DNA of 64,000 bases from Candidatus Peribacteria bacterium (GTDB taxonomy: Bacteria; Patescibacteriota; Gracilibacteria; Peribacterales; Peribacteraceae): assembly GCA_023245765.1 (NCBI GenBank), contig JAHFJP010000005.1, forward strand, positions 997-64,996, in the 5' to 3' direction. Of the stretch, positions 33,752 through 42,774 are shown in pieces (the stretch's first letter is position 1; each line of letters starts with the position of its first letter). The notes under the pieces were generated by a model that saw nothing but the letters and a program-made list of their open reading frames with translations, was not told the origin of the DNA and searched no databases. A program made the translations under genes and the position numbers.

Positions 33752-34291
33752 ATGATCGATCCTCGAATCGCCACATTTCGCACCGATGCCGACAAAGTTC
33801 TCGCGCACCTGAAGAACGAATTCAGCAAGCTGCAGACGGGCAGAGCGAATGCCGCGCTCGTCGAGCACATCATGATCGATGCCTACGGGCAGAAGCAGGA
33901 TCTGCGGTCCATTGCCGGAATCAGCGTCGACCAGCGCAGCATCGTTGTTGCGCCGTGGGATCGATCGATCCTCGGCGCGGTCGAAAAAGCTCTTTCGCAA
34001 GCCGATCTTGGCGCCTCGCCGATCAATGACGGCGTCGTGATCCGGATCACGCTCCCTTCGATGACGGAGGAACGACGCAAACATCTGCAGAAGGTCGTCA
34101 ATCAGCTGGCCGAAGAAGCACGTGTGAGTCTCCGCAAGCATCGCCAGGTTGCCCACGATGCGATCAAACCGGAGAAGGACGAAGATGTGAAGGAAACGCT
34201 CAATCAGGAGCTCCAGAAAGGCGTTGATGAGTACAACGGTAGGATTGCGGAGATGGCAAAGGGGAAAGAGGAGGAGGTGATGAAGGTATAG
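33752..34291 (+). CDS. frr: ribosome recycling factor
   Basis: The internal ATG gives MIDPRIATFRTDADKVLAHLKNEFSKLQTGRAN. RITLPSMTEERRK. Confidence 0.9.
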   Translation: MIDPRIATFRTDADKVLAHLKNEFSKLQTGRANAALVEHIMIDAYGQKQDLRSIAGISVDQRSIVVAPWDRSILGAVEKALSQADLGASPINDGVVIRITLPSMTEERRKHLQKVVNQLAEEARVSLRKHRQVAHDAIKPEKDEDVKETLNQELQKGVDEYNGRIAEMAKGKEEEVMKV

Positions 34292-34324
34292 ATACGAGGA
34301 AAACGAAGAAAACAATGCAAACAA

Positions 34325-34348
34325 GGAAAACGAGGATCCTCGTTTTCT
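34325..34348 (+). terminator. palindromic hairpin after frr within a GAAAAC-rich repeat
   Basis: GGAAAACGAGGA/TCCTCGTTTTCT centred on GGATCC, followed by a T-rich tract. Confidence 0.5.
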
Positions 34349-34376
34349 TCGATTTCTTCGTTTGCCTCGTTTGCTT

Positions 34377-34385
34377 TGCTACAAT
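34377..34385 (+). promoter_or_regulatory. extended -10 TGCTACAAT, 6 nt before the purQ ATG
   Basis: TACAAT at 34380-34385, ATG at 34392. Confidence 0.5.
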
Positions 34386-34391
34386 CCTTGC

Positions 34392-35615
34392 ATGCGAACG
34401 CCCGTTATCGCCATCGTTTCGTTTCCCGGAAACAACGGTGAGGTGGAATCCATGCGGGTGATTCGTCGCGTTGGGATGGAACCTGTTTTTTTTCGATGGA
34501 ATGATGACCGTGCGAAGTTGAAAGATGTCGACGGCTACTTCATTCCCGGGGGATTTTCCTACGAAGACCGTGGGCGCAGCGGGATGGTCGCAGCGCGCGA
34601 TTCGTTGATGGAGTTCATCGGTGCTGAAGCGAGCACGGGCAAGGTCGTCATCGGAATCTGCAACGGCGCACAGGTGCTGGTGGAAAGCGGATTGATTCCG
34701 AATGCCCAGGGGTTGCAGATGTGTCTCGCTCGCAATGCCATCCAGACGTCACAGGGAGTGCAGGGGCTCCCGCTCCTCAGTGAATGGGTCTGGATTACGA
34801 GATCGTGCAAAAAAGGCCGCTGTGCCACCGCACATTGGGACGGCGTGATGCAGATTCCGATTGCCCATGGAGAGGGGCGGTTCACCACGAAGGATCCCGA
34901 TCTCCTTGCAGAACTGAAGAAGAACGATCAGATTGCGTTCTCCTACTGCGATGCCCAGGGAACAGTCAGTGAAGATCCGACAATCACGCCGAACGGCTCC
35001 ATGCTCGCGATGGCTGGTGTCTGTAATCCTGAGGGCAACGTGATCGCGTTGATGCCGCATCCAGAGCGGGCGGGAGGCGCTGGAGACGCGTACTTTGCCT
35101 CGATGAGAGAGTGGATAGAGAAGGGACCGAAGGCACCGACGGGACCGAAGAGACCGAGGCAGATGGGTGTTTCACAGGATCGCATACAGTTGCCTGTTCG
35201 TTCCTCAAAAAATGTGGAGATCTTCATTGAGACGATCATCACAAACAATGAAGAGCGGACGGTCGAGCAGGCGGTAAGGAGAGTGGCGCCGGCGTTGCGT
35301 CTCAAGCAGTGGAAGTATCTTTCTGTTCCCGAGACCGCAGTGAAGAAGGTGCTCGCGGATTTGACGATCTTCAATGCGAATAAAGAGCGTGCGTTCATCA
35401 AGAAAGGCACGAGTGGTACAGAGTTCATCGGCAAACGCACCGTCCTCGTCCGTCGTGATATTCCGGATACCGGTGCGGCTGCGTGGGGGAAAGGTGCGGA
35501 GACGGGAATTGCTTATGGCATAGAGGGAATATCAGAACAAGAAATGTGTTCAGGAAAGCTCCTTGAGGTGTTTGGCAATCCCCATGCGAGTACGCTCGAA
35601 CGTCTGCATCTATGA
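34392..35615 (+). CDS. purQ: FGAM synthase glutaminase subunit PurQ fused to a C-terminal tandem PurS-like region
   Basis: PurQ part: VIAIVSFPGNNGEVE, GICNGAQVL, MPHPER. An extra C-terminal region of about 170 aa has two PurS-like repeats (…LTIFNANKE…, …TVLVRRDIPDTGAAAWGKG…KLLEVFGNPHASTLE). Confidence 0.75.
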   Translation: MRTPVIAIVSFPGNNGEVESMRVIRRVGMEPVFFRWNDDRAKLKDVDGYFIPGGFSYEDRGRSGMVAARDSLMEFIGAEASTGKVVIGICNGAQVLVESGLIPNAQGLQMCLARNAIQTSQGVQGLPLLSEWVWITRSCKKGRCATAHWDGVMQIPIAHGEGRFTTKDPDLLAELKKNDQIAFSYCDAQGTVSEDPTITPNGSMLAMAGVCNPEGNVIALMPHPERAGGAGDAYFASMREWIEKGPKAPTGPKRPRQMGVSQDRIQLPVRSSKNVEIFIETIITNNEERTVEQAVRRVAPALRLKQWKYLSVPETAVKKVLADLTIFNANKERAFIKKGTSGTEFIGKRTVLVRRDIPDTGAAAWGKGAETGIAYGIEGISEQEMCSGKLLEVFGNPHASTLERLHL

Positions 35616-36067
35616 AGCGCCGCATCTGCCTTGTCGCGTACAACGTCCGTTCCCTCTGGAACGTCGGTTCGTTCTTCCGGACGGGAGACGCCTTTAACGT
35701 CGAAAAAATTTATTTGACGGGATACACCGGCCAGCCCCCCCGCAAAGAAATCACAAAAACCGCTCTCGGTGCCGAGGAGTTTGTTGCGTGGGAACATGCC
35801 GATGATCCGTTGGACGTCGTCAAGAAACTCAAGAAAGAAGGCTGGTCCATCGTGCCGTTGGAACTCACGGACGATGCGATTGACCTGAAGACGTTCAAAG
35901 CCCCGGAAAAAATATGTCTGATCGTCGGCCATGAACTCTCCGGTGTGCCACAGGACATCATCGCGATTGCCGATCAGGTCATCAAAATCCCGATGCTCGG
36001 TAAGAAAGAGTCATTGAACGTTGCTGTGGCTGCTGGGATCGCGTTGCATTATCTACGAACTACATAG
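35612..36067 (+). CDS. SpoU/TrmH-family RNA 2'-O-methyltransferase
   Basis: RNVGSFFRTGDAF, LIVGHELSGV and IPMLGKKESLNVAVAAGIALH. Confidence 0.75.
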   Translation: MKRRICLVAYNVRSLWNVGSFFRTGDAFNVEKIYLTGYTGQPPRKEITKTALGAEEFVAWEHADDPLDVVKKLKKEGWSIVPLELTDDAIDLKTFKAPEKICLIVGHELSGVPQDIIAIADQVIKIPMLGKKESLNVAVAAGIALHYLRTT

Positions 36068-36101
36068 CATGTCATCCTGAGCGTAGCGAAGGACGACATG
36101 C
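36067..36101. repeat. GTCATCCTGAGCG..GCGAAGGA.GAC hairpin element, copy 1, between convergent stop codons (probable bidirectional terminator)
   Basis: GCATGTCATCC-TGAGCGTAGCGAA-GGACGACATGC. It is related in reverse orientation to 40732-40759. Confidence 0.7.
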
Positions 36102-36722
36102 CTACTTCCCCCCTTCGAGACTCTTCCTCGCCCATGCGCCGCCGACGGCACCGACGATCGGGCCGAGGATTTCGATGGGACCGAAGGAGCTGATCCCGAG
36201 TGCCACCGCGGGATTCAGGATGGCGTTACTGAAGTGATACGCAATGTAGGTTCCCATCAGGAGTGATCCGCCGACCACAAAGCCGTTGGCTGCTGGTGGA
36301 ACTTTTTGCAGAGTGACAGACATCACGGCGAAGGTGAGAAAGAACGCGCCGAGTGCTTCGGCGATACCGGCAACGAGTGTCGTATCGGCAGCAACCGATG
36401 CCACGCCTCCCGTGAGGAGCCGACCAAGAGTCATTGCGACGGCCGCCCCTGCGAGCTGGCAGACGACGTACATCACGGCGTCGTTGGTCTTGAGTTTCCC
36501 TGCACTTAGAATGCCGATAGAGACGGCAGGGTTGAGATGCGCTCCACTGATGCCGCCAACCATGTACACGAAGAGTCCGAGCGTGATGGAAGCGAGCACC
36601 GCCGTCGTCATGAACGGCATCTCGAAGATCACCGAGAGCCAGACGCAGAAGGTGAGTGCGAACGTGCCGAGGAACTCAGCGGCGTATTTCTGGTACTGCA
36701 TAGAAGGAGGGGAATTAGGCAC
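36102..36722 (-). CDS. aquaporin/MIP family channel
   Basis: Two NPA boxes (HLNPAVSIG, ILNPAVALG). Confidence 0.85.
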   Translation of the reverse strand: MPNSPPSMQYQKYAAEFLGTFALTFCVWLSVIFEMPFMTTAVLASITLGLFVYMVGGISGAHLNPAVSIGILSAGKLKTNDAVMYVVCQLAGAAVAMTLGRLLTGGVASVAADTTLVAGIAEALGAFFLTFAVMSVTLQKVPPAANGFVVGGSLLMGTYIAYHFSNAILNPAVALGISSFGPIEILGPIVGAVGGAWARKSLEGGK

Positions 36723-36786
36723 AACGCTACCGTTCTTCCCGTTCTGTTGCCAGTCACTCGCGTGTCATGTCACGCCAATCGTCAAG

Positions 36787-38928
36787 TTAGACTGTGTCGA
36801 GCGGATCGACGTCAACGACGACGTCCCGCAGCGTGATTTGCTGTAACAGTGAGCGTACGTCGGTGCCACGTAGGAGTACATGCCACTCACGACCGGCACC
36901 GAAAAGCGTGGGGGCCGAGGAGATTTTACAGGTTCCGCCGAGACGCAGATTGAAGCCCGAAAGTTCCGTGTGGAGTCTCTTGGCTCTCGTTGCGGCATCC
37001 GGTCCGCGCAGCAGCAGCCGGATCATGGACGTTGCCGGCGGGTATCCCGCATGGATGCGCATCTTCAACTCATCTTCCAAATACTTCTCGGATTCATGAC
37101 TCGCGGCGGCGAGCACTTCCAGTGCATCGGGCCGGAACGTCTGGATGATCACGTCACCTGGTTTGCTGCGACCCGATCTGCCCGTCAGTTGTGTGAGGAG
37201 CTGCCAGATGCGCTCCCCGGCGCGGAAGTGGGGGAGTGAGAGACCGATATCGGCGATCAAGACCGCAGCGAGCGTCACATTCGGCAAATCCAATCCCTTC
37301 ACGACGGTCTGTGTGCCAAGGAGGATGTCGGCTTCGCCGTTCTTCATTTTTTGCAGAACGCTGCGCATTTGCTCGGGTGTTTCAAGAGTATCTGTATCCG
37401 CTCGCAGGATGCGTGTTCTCGGAAAGATTTTCTTCATCAGCGATTCCAGACGCTGCGTCCCGGCGCCGACTTCGTGCAGTTTGGCGCTGCCGCAGTGGGG
37501 GCAGAGTGCGGGCACCGGTGCTCTGGTGTTGGTCGAATGGTCCTCGAGATACGGCTTCCCATTGCGATCATGATGAACGGTGAAGGGCAACTGTGACTCG
37601 GGTGAAATCACGCGGCGGCGGCACTGCAGGCACAGGAGCGCGCTCGCCATACCGCGCCGATTGAGGAAGAGGACGCATTGTTCCTTGCGCGCTAGTCTTT
37701 CACCGATTGCAGAAATCAGTTGTTGGGAGAACGGATAGTTATCGTTGAATTCGGTTTCGACGAGATCGATGATCTTCACCTGCGGGAGAGTGCCGGTGCC
37801 GTAACGATCGGGAAGCCGCGCGAGATGATAGGTTCCAGTCTTCGCGCGTGACCAGGACTCAAGCGACGGTGTTGCGCTCCCCAGCAGGAGTTTTGCTCCC
37901 GCATGCCGGCACAGCGCTTCGGCGGTCTCCCGCGCGTGGTAGCGCGGCGTTTGCTCGTTCTTGTAGGTCCACTCATGTTCTTCGTCGAGGATCACCAGCC
38001 CGAGATTCTGGCACGGCGCGAAGAGTGCACTACGGGAGCCGATCACAAGGCTCACGTCACCATTGTGAATGCGTTTCCATTCTTCTTTTCGCTGTCCTGG
38101 CTTCAGGCGGCTATGGAGAATCGCGATTCTGTCCGGTGGCAATAGTTTTTCAAAGCGCTCAATGACGTTCTCCGTCAGGAAGATTTCCGGGACGAGTAGA
38201 ATCGCCTGCTTGCCCTTCTGCACAGTCTCTTCGATCAGAGATGCGTAGATTTCGGTTTTGCCGCTCGAGGTGATGCCGAACAAGAGGCTCGGGCGCGGAT
38301 TCGCTTTGATCGATTCGAAGGCTGATTGCTGCGCTGGGGTAAGTGTGGGTTTTTCAAGTATGGTATTTGTTAATTGGTTAATTGGTTTATTTGATTGTGC
38401 AAAGTCTGTTTTTTTCATAAGCAAGTTTTGCTGATCCAACCTTTTCAGAACTGCGACACTTGCGCCTGTTTCATGCATGATTTGATCGCGTGACTTCCAT
38501 TCTCCGTCCGTCAAAAATTCCATCACCGCTTGCGCCTTTTTACCGCGCGGCAAAACGCGCGTCGAAGACGCACGCGGTGTTCGATACATGATCACTTCCG
38601 CCGGCAGCAACCGTGACCAGGGCGGAGGTGGAAGCCAGACCTGCAGTGACTGGCGCAGCGAGCAGCAGTAATAGTCCGACATCCAGCGGACAGTTTTCAT
38701 CTGTGCTTCGGTGAGGAGCGGACGATCACCGAGGACGGAGTTGATCGAACGAAGATCGAATTCGGTCTGAAGTTTTTTGTCCATCACTTCGATGACGATC
38801 CCTTCGATCAAACGTTTGCGAAGAGGAACTCTGACTGCTGACCCCGGCGTGACGTTTGCGTCCGATTCGTACGTCAAGCCTTTGCCGATGGCTCCGGAGC
38901 GCGATGAAGTGACGACGGTGAGGAACAT
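36787..38928 (-). CDS. priA: primosomal protein N' (replication restart helicase PriA)
   Basis: LLFGITSSGKTEIY (Walker A), ILDEEHE, Cys-rich zinc region CLQCRRRV...CPHCGS. Confidence 0.88.
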   Translation of the reverse strand: MFLTVVTSSRSGAIGKGLTYESDANVTPGSAVRVPLRKRLIEGIVIEVMDKKLQTEFDLRSINSVLGDRPLLTEAQMKTVRWMSDYYCCSLRQSLQVWLPPPPWSRLLPAEVIMYRTPRASSTRVLPRGKKAQAVMEFLTDGEWKSRDQIMHETGASVAVLKRLDQQNLLMKKTDFAQSNKPINQLTNTILEKPTLTPAQQSAFESIKANPRPSLLFGITSSGKTEIYASLIEETVQKGKQAILLVPEIFLTENVIERFEKLLPPDRIAILHSRLKPGQRKEEWKRIHNGDVSLVIGSRSALFAPCQNLGLVILDEEHEWTYKNEQTPRYHARETAEALCRHAGAKLLLGSATPSLESWSRAKTGTYHLARLPDRYGTGTLPQVKIIDLVETEFNDNYPFSQQLISAIGERLARKEQCVLFLNRRGMASALLCLQCRRRVISPESQLPFTVHHDRNGKPYLEDHSTNTRAPVPALCPHCGSAKLHEVGAGTQRLESLMKKIFPRTRILRADTDTLETPEQMRSVLQKMKNGEADILLGTQTVVKGLDLPNVTLAAVLIADIGLSLPHFRAGERIWQLLTQLTGRSGRSKPGDVIIQTFRPDALEVLAAASHESEKYLEDELKMRIHAGYPPATSMIRLLLRGPDAATRAKRLHTELSGFNLRLGGTCKISSAPTLFGAGREWHVLLRGTDVRSLLQQITLRDVVVDVDPLDTV

Positions 38929-38939
38929 GGGAGGTCATG

Positions 38940-40250
38940 TTACACCTTCGAGACCGGCGCTTGCCGAAGCCGTTTCTTTACAGTCATCATCCTGTCTCTC
39001 ACCTCAGCTTCAAACCCTCGGTCGCTCGGCTCATAGAAGTTCTGCGGCTGCATGCCGACGGGGAAGTAATTTGCTTCGACGACAGCTCCTTCATGATTGT
39101 GCGGATACTGGTAGTCGACGCCGTAGCCCTGTTGCTTCATTCCTTTGACCGGCGCATTACGCAGATGATTCGGTACTTCAATCGTTGGAGCGTCATGAAT
39201 CGCCCGCCTGGCTGAACCCATCGCGCGCGTTACGGCGTTGCTCTTGGGTGCCTGGGATACATAGACGCACGCGTGCGCGAGGAAGAACTCACCCTCGGGC
39301 ATTCCGATCAATTCAAACGCCTGCCACGCCGAGACGGCCACCTGCAGAGCGCGTGGATCAGCATTGCCAATGTCCTCAGATGCGAAGATCGCCATGCGGC
39401 GGAAGAGAAACCGCGGATCTTCTCCGCTCTCGAGCATACGGTACATCCAGAGCAGGGCAGCATCCGGATCCGATCCTCGCATGGATTTGATGAAGGCTGA
39501 GATGACGTTGTAATGATCTTCGCCGGACTTGTCGTAGCGCAGGGATTTCTGTCGCAGGATCTTCTCGGCATTCGCGAGCGTGATCTTCTTTCCCGCAGTC
39601 ATCGCCGTCAGCTCCAGTGTATTGAGTGCGATGCGGCCATCGCCATTTGCGATGTGTGCGATTCGTTCCAGGACGGTATCGTCAACCGTCAGCTTCCCGT
39701 TGAAGCCACGCTCATCGGTCAGTGCTCGCTTCAGGATGGTCGTCAGATCTTGGATTGAGAGTGGCTTGAGCAGCACGACTTGCGAGCGGGAGATCAACGC
39801 TGCATTCACATCGAAGTACGGATTCTGTGTTGTTGCGCCGATCAGAATCACGCTGCCGTTTTCGACCGATGGCAGCAGCGCATCCTGCTGGCCGCGGTTG
39901 AAGCGGTGAATTTCGTCGACGAAGAGGACTGTCCGCTGTTTGAGATTCTTGAGCATTTCCTCCGCCGCGCGGCAGATCTCCTTGAGTTCTTTCACGCCGC
40001 TTGTGACCGCGTTCACCTGTACGAACTGCGCTTGCGTGACATTCGCGATCACATGCGCGAGCGTCGTCTTACCTGTTCCGGGAGGTCCCGAAAGAATCGC
40101 TGAGCTCAGCTGATCCTTCTCAATGGCTGTGCGGAGCGCCGTTCCCGGCCCGACGATGTCCTCCTGTCCGATGAATTCCTCAAGCGTGCGGGGACGCATG
40201 CGGAATGCGAGAGGTGCGTCGGCGACGGTTTGTGGTGATTTCACAGTCAC
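38940..40250 (-). CDS. rarA: replication-associated recombination protein A (AAA+ ATPase)
   Basis: ILSGPPGTGKTTLA, LFVDEIHRFN and the C-terminal MgsA motif YQYPHNH. Confidence 0.9.
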   Translation of the reverse strand: MTVKSPQTVADAPLAFRMRPRTLEEFIGQEDIVGPGTALRTAIEKDQLSSAILSGPPGTGKTTLAHVIANVTQAQFVQVNAVTSGVKELKEICRAAEEMLKNLKQRTVLFVDEIHRFNRGQQDALLPSVENGSVILIGATTQNPYFDVNAALISRSQVVLLKPLSIQDLTTILKRALTDERGFNGKLTVDDTVLERIAHIANGDGRIALNTLELTAMTAGKKITLANAEKILRQKSLRYDKSGEDHYNVISAFIKSMRGSDPDAALLWMYRMLESGEDPRFLFRRMAIFASEDIGNADPRALQVAVSAWQAFELIGMPEGEFFLAHACVYVSQAPKSNAVTRAMGSARRAIHDAPTIEVPNHLRNAPVKGMKQQGYGVDYQYPHNHEGAVVEANYFPVGMQPQNFYEPSDRGFEAEVRDRMMTVKKRLRQAPVSKV

Positions 40251-40369
40251 CGGGAAACTCTGAACCAGGATTGCCGTGATGTACAGATTGTATTGCAGCT
40301 TTGGTAAATTTGATTGCGACGGTACTTCGTTTTGCTAGTGTATGAGGAAATTCCTTCCCCCTTCTTCCT

Positions 40370-40720
40370 ATGGGTGCTCTCGTTAGCCCTCTTACCCGCA
40401 TTCTCGGGGTGGTCCTCGTCATCGTCGGACTCCTCGGGTTCTTTATGCCGAGCCCGTTGCTCGGAATTTTTGAAGTGGACATGCTCCACAACATTATTCA
40501 CCTCGCGTCCGGCGCCATCGCTCTCGTGGTCGGCGGCAATCACGCCATGGCACGCATGTTCCTTATCATCTTCGGCCTCGTGTACGCGGGTGTCGCTGTG
40601 ATCGGTTTCTTGCAAGGAGACACCGTTCTCGGTCTCTTCGGCGTCAACATGGCCGACAACCTGCTCCACGTTGCCATTGGTGGTGTCTGCTTGGTTGTTG
40701 GATTTGGGAGCAAGTCTTGA
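40370..40720 (+). CDS. DUF4383-like small membrane protein
   Basis: 116 aa with 4 TM segments. MLHNIIHLASGAIALVVG and DNLLHVAIG motifs. Confidence 0.55.
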   Translation: MGALVSPLTRILGVVLVIVGLLGFFMPSPLLGIFEVDMLHNIIHLASGAIALVVGGNHAMARMFLIIFGLVYAGVAVIGFLQGDTVLGLFGVNMADNLLHVAIGGVCLVVGFGSKS

Positions 40721-40731
40721 CCCTTCGTTCC

Positions 40732-40759
40732 GTCATCCTTCGCTCACGCTCAGGATGAC
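40732..40759. repeat. GTCATCCTGAGCG..GAAGGATGAC hairpin element, copy 2 (reverse orientation)
   Basis: GTCATCC-TTCGCTCACGCTCA-GGATGAC. Confidence 0.7.
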
Positions 40760-40781
40760 AGACACATCGTTCATCAGAAAA

Positions 40782-40805
40782 GCGGGTCCCATGGGCCCGC
40801 TTTTT
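40782..40805. terminator. bidirectional hairpin terminator between the DUF4383 gene and yhhQ
   Basis: GAAAA-GCGGGTCC-CATG-GGCCCGC-TTTTTAT. Confidence 0.6.
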
Positions 40806-41520
40806 ATGAGTTTAACGAAAACGGATTGAAGTTCGTGTTCCGGTCATAGTAATCCTCATGCTCCGCACGCTTGAGGAAACCGGTGACGGCGTAGGTCACG
40901 GGCGTGAAGAGGACTTCGATGCCGACCTTGTACAGGTAATTGCAGAGCAGTAGCGTCCAGAACAGTTCCCAGGGGAAGACACCGAAGAGGGTGGCAATGA
41001 GAATAAAGCTCAGTGTGTCCAGTCCTTCGCCGACGACCGTTGAACCGATGGTGCGGGTCCAGAGCCATTTGCCTTCTGTCCAGATCTTCATCTTGGCAAG
41101 TATGTAGGAATTGCTGAATTCGCCGACGACGTACGCCGTGAGACTCGCGACAATGATCCCGCCACTGCTGACACCGCCGAGGATCGCCGCGTACGCGCTA
41201 TCCCCCGCGTAGCCCTGCCACTGCGCCTCGCCCGGCAGGTGCTGGATTCCCCAGAAACAGAATGCCATCACGGCCGATGCCGCGAAGCCGACCCAGATCA
41301 CCCGGCGGCTCTGCCGGTAGCCGTACACTTCGGTCAAAATGTCATCGAAAATGTAGCTCAGTGGAAACATCAGCGTGCCGGCATCGAAGGCGAGCGGCAG
41401 TCCGTGGATGCTCAGTCCCCAATCAACAATCTTCGCGGATGACGCAATATTGCTGATGAGTAGAATCGTGACGAACGCGGCCATCACGAGATCGAGGTAG
41501 CGGTAGGAGCGGGGGGTCAT
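40804..41520 (-). CDS. yhhQ: queuosine precursor transporter (YhhQ/DUF165 family)
   Basis: SYIFDDILTEVYGYRQSRRVIWVGF and the polytopic topology. Confidence 0.8.
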   Translation of the reverse strand: MTPRSYRYLDLVMAAFVTILLISNIASSAKIVDWGLSIHGLPLAFDAGTLMFPLSYIFDDILTEVYGYRQSRRVIWVGFAASAVMAFCFWGIQHLPGEAQWQGYAGDSAYAAILGGVSSGGIIVASLTAYVVGEFSNSYILAKMKIWTEGKWLWTRTIGSTVVGEGLDTLSFILIATLFGVFPWELFWTLLLCNYLYKVGIEVLFTPVTYAVTGFLKRAEHEDYYDRNTNFNPFSLNS

Positions 41521-41537
41521 AATGGAAATACGTGGAA

Positions 41538-42158
41538 TTATTCGATGATGAGAACCTCACCATCTCGGAGAGTTTTGAAAGGGAGATCGTGCTCAATACA
41601 GTACTGTACTTCTCTCTCGATGTCTGCCGACTCCGGATGATTGCTCTCGAAGTGCGGCAGAAAAACAAAATCGATCAGGCCCAAACCTTCCCACACTTGC
41701 TCCCGTTGTTTGGGATACGGTAAGTCCTTGGCATCATCGACGATAGCGTATGCATCGAGGCGTGGAGAGAGAACACACCCGGCTGCGCTGTATCCTCCGT
41801 AGACAAAGTCACTGTCCTTCAGATCCTCGGTAAGGATTCTGTCGAGTCCTGAGAGCTTCATTGACTGACGAAGAACGAACACGTTGCCGCCGGAGATCCA
41901 CAAGCCTTTTAGTTCGAGAAGTTTGTTCCGCAACGCTTCGGGCTTTTCGAAATATGCTTTCAAGTCCAGATCTTTCAGGTTCAGACCTGCTTCACGCAAT
42001 GCATTCATGTCTGATCGTATATAGTCTTTCTTTTTTTGTTCTTCGCTCCATGAATCCAGGGCATTTGATACATATGCAATGGCGCCATCGCCTCTGAGCC
42101 ATTGTTGTAGAAGGTCGCCTCGGTCGCCGAGCTTGAACGAGGACAAATAAAATTTCAT
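41538..42158 (-). CDS. peptidase S51 / type-1 glutamine-amidotransferase-like protein
   Basis: The internal ATG (MKFYLSSFKLGD) avoids overlap with tRNA-Pro. LWISGGNVFVLR and GYSAAGCVL motifs. Confidence 0.55.
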   Translation of the reverse strand: MKFYLSSFKLGDRGDLLQQWLRGDGAIAYVSNALDSWSEEQKKKDYIRSDMNALREAGLNLKDLDLKAYFEKPEALRNKLLELKGLWISGGNVFVLRQSMKLSGLDRILTEDLKDSDFVYGGYSAAGCVLSPRLDAYAIVDDAKDLPYPKQREQVWEGLGLIDFVFLPHFESNHPESADIEREVQYCIEHDLPFKTLRDGEVLIIE

Positions 42159-42165
42159 AGAATGG

Positions 42166-42239
42166 TCGGGACGGAGGGACTTGAACCCACGGCCTCCTGG
42201 TCCCAAACCAGGCGCTCTAGCCAACTGAGCTACGTCCCG
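42166..42239 (-). tRNA. tRNA-Pro (anticodon TGG); CCA encoded
   Basis: On the minus strand: CGGGACG acceptor, CCTGG-TTTGGGA-CCAGG anticodon arm, GGTTCAAGTCC T-loop. Confidence 0.9.
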
Positions 42240-42282
42240 ATGAATGAAGAATAGTCGGAATTTCTCAAAATAACGAGTCGAT

Positions 42283-42306
42283 AAAAAGCGCCATCGTGGG
42301 CCGCTT
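42283..42306 (-). terminator. hairpin plus T-run after the 42323-42607 gene
   Basis: On the minus strand: AGCGGCCCACGATGGCGCT followed by TTTTTAT. Confidence 0.45.
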
Positions 42307-42322
42307 TGAACTGCGCAGACGT

Positions 42323-42607
42323 TTAGTGATCGTGGCCGTATCCAACTCCATAACCAGGACCAGATTCTCTGTAATGCTCTTCGATAAGTCTATCTGCCTC
42401 TGTTCTATCGGGAATCATTTGGCGTACTTTACCCGGTCCTTCGAAGCCTCCTTCTCTATCGAGTAGTTCCGAAACAGCCAGGCCCACGACTTGTTCAACA
42501 GAGTAAATGTTTGCAGCGGACAGAGCTCCGGATTCGGCCAAGGCCTCGGGCACTTTCGGATACTGCTTTTTCAACTCGATCATTATTTCCGCAGGGATTT
42601 TTGCCAT
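42323..42607 (-). CDS. hypothetical small protein (94 aa)
   Basis: The ORF has its own TATAAT about 31 nt upstream (minus strand) and a downstream hairpin terminator. No recognised motifs. Confidence 0.4.
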   Translation of the reverse strand: MAKIPAEIMIELKKQYPKVPEALAESGALSAANIYSVEQVVGLAVSELLDREGGFEGPGKVRQMIPDRTEADRLIEEHYRESGPGYGVGYGHDH

Positions 42608-42774
42608 ACATACAAGAGGGTAAGATTTAATAACATTATATCTTATTTTAAAAATAAAGTAAAGGAACGATAAACAAGGACGGAAAGGATCGACGCATGG
42701 TGTTGGCGTGGTCTGTAGTATGTCTTCCGCGAGGAAGGAAGAGAGTACGAAGAGGAAAATACAGCGAAGCGTAA

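Noticed and set aside
42159-42224. The N-terminal extension of ORF 41538-42224.
   Set aside because: The extension is the reverse translation of tRNA-Pro. The internal ATG at 42158 gives a sensible N-terminus.
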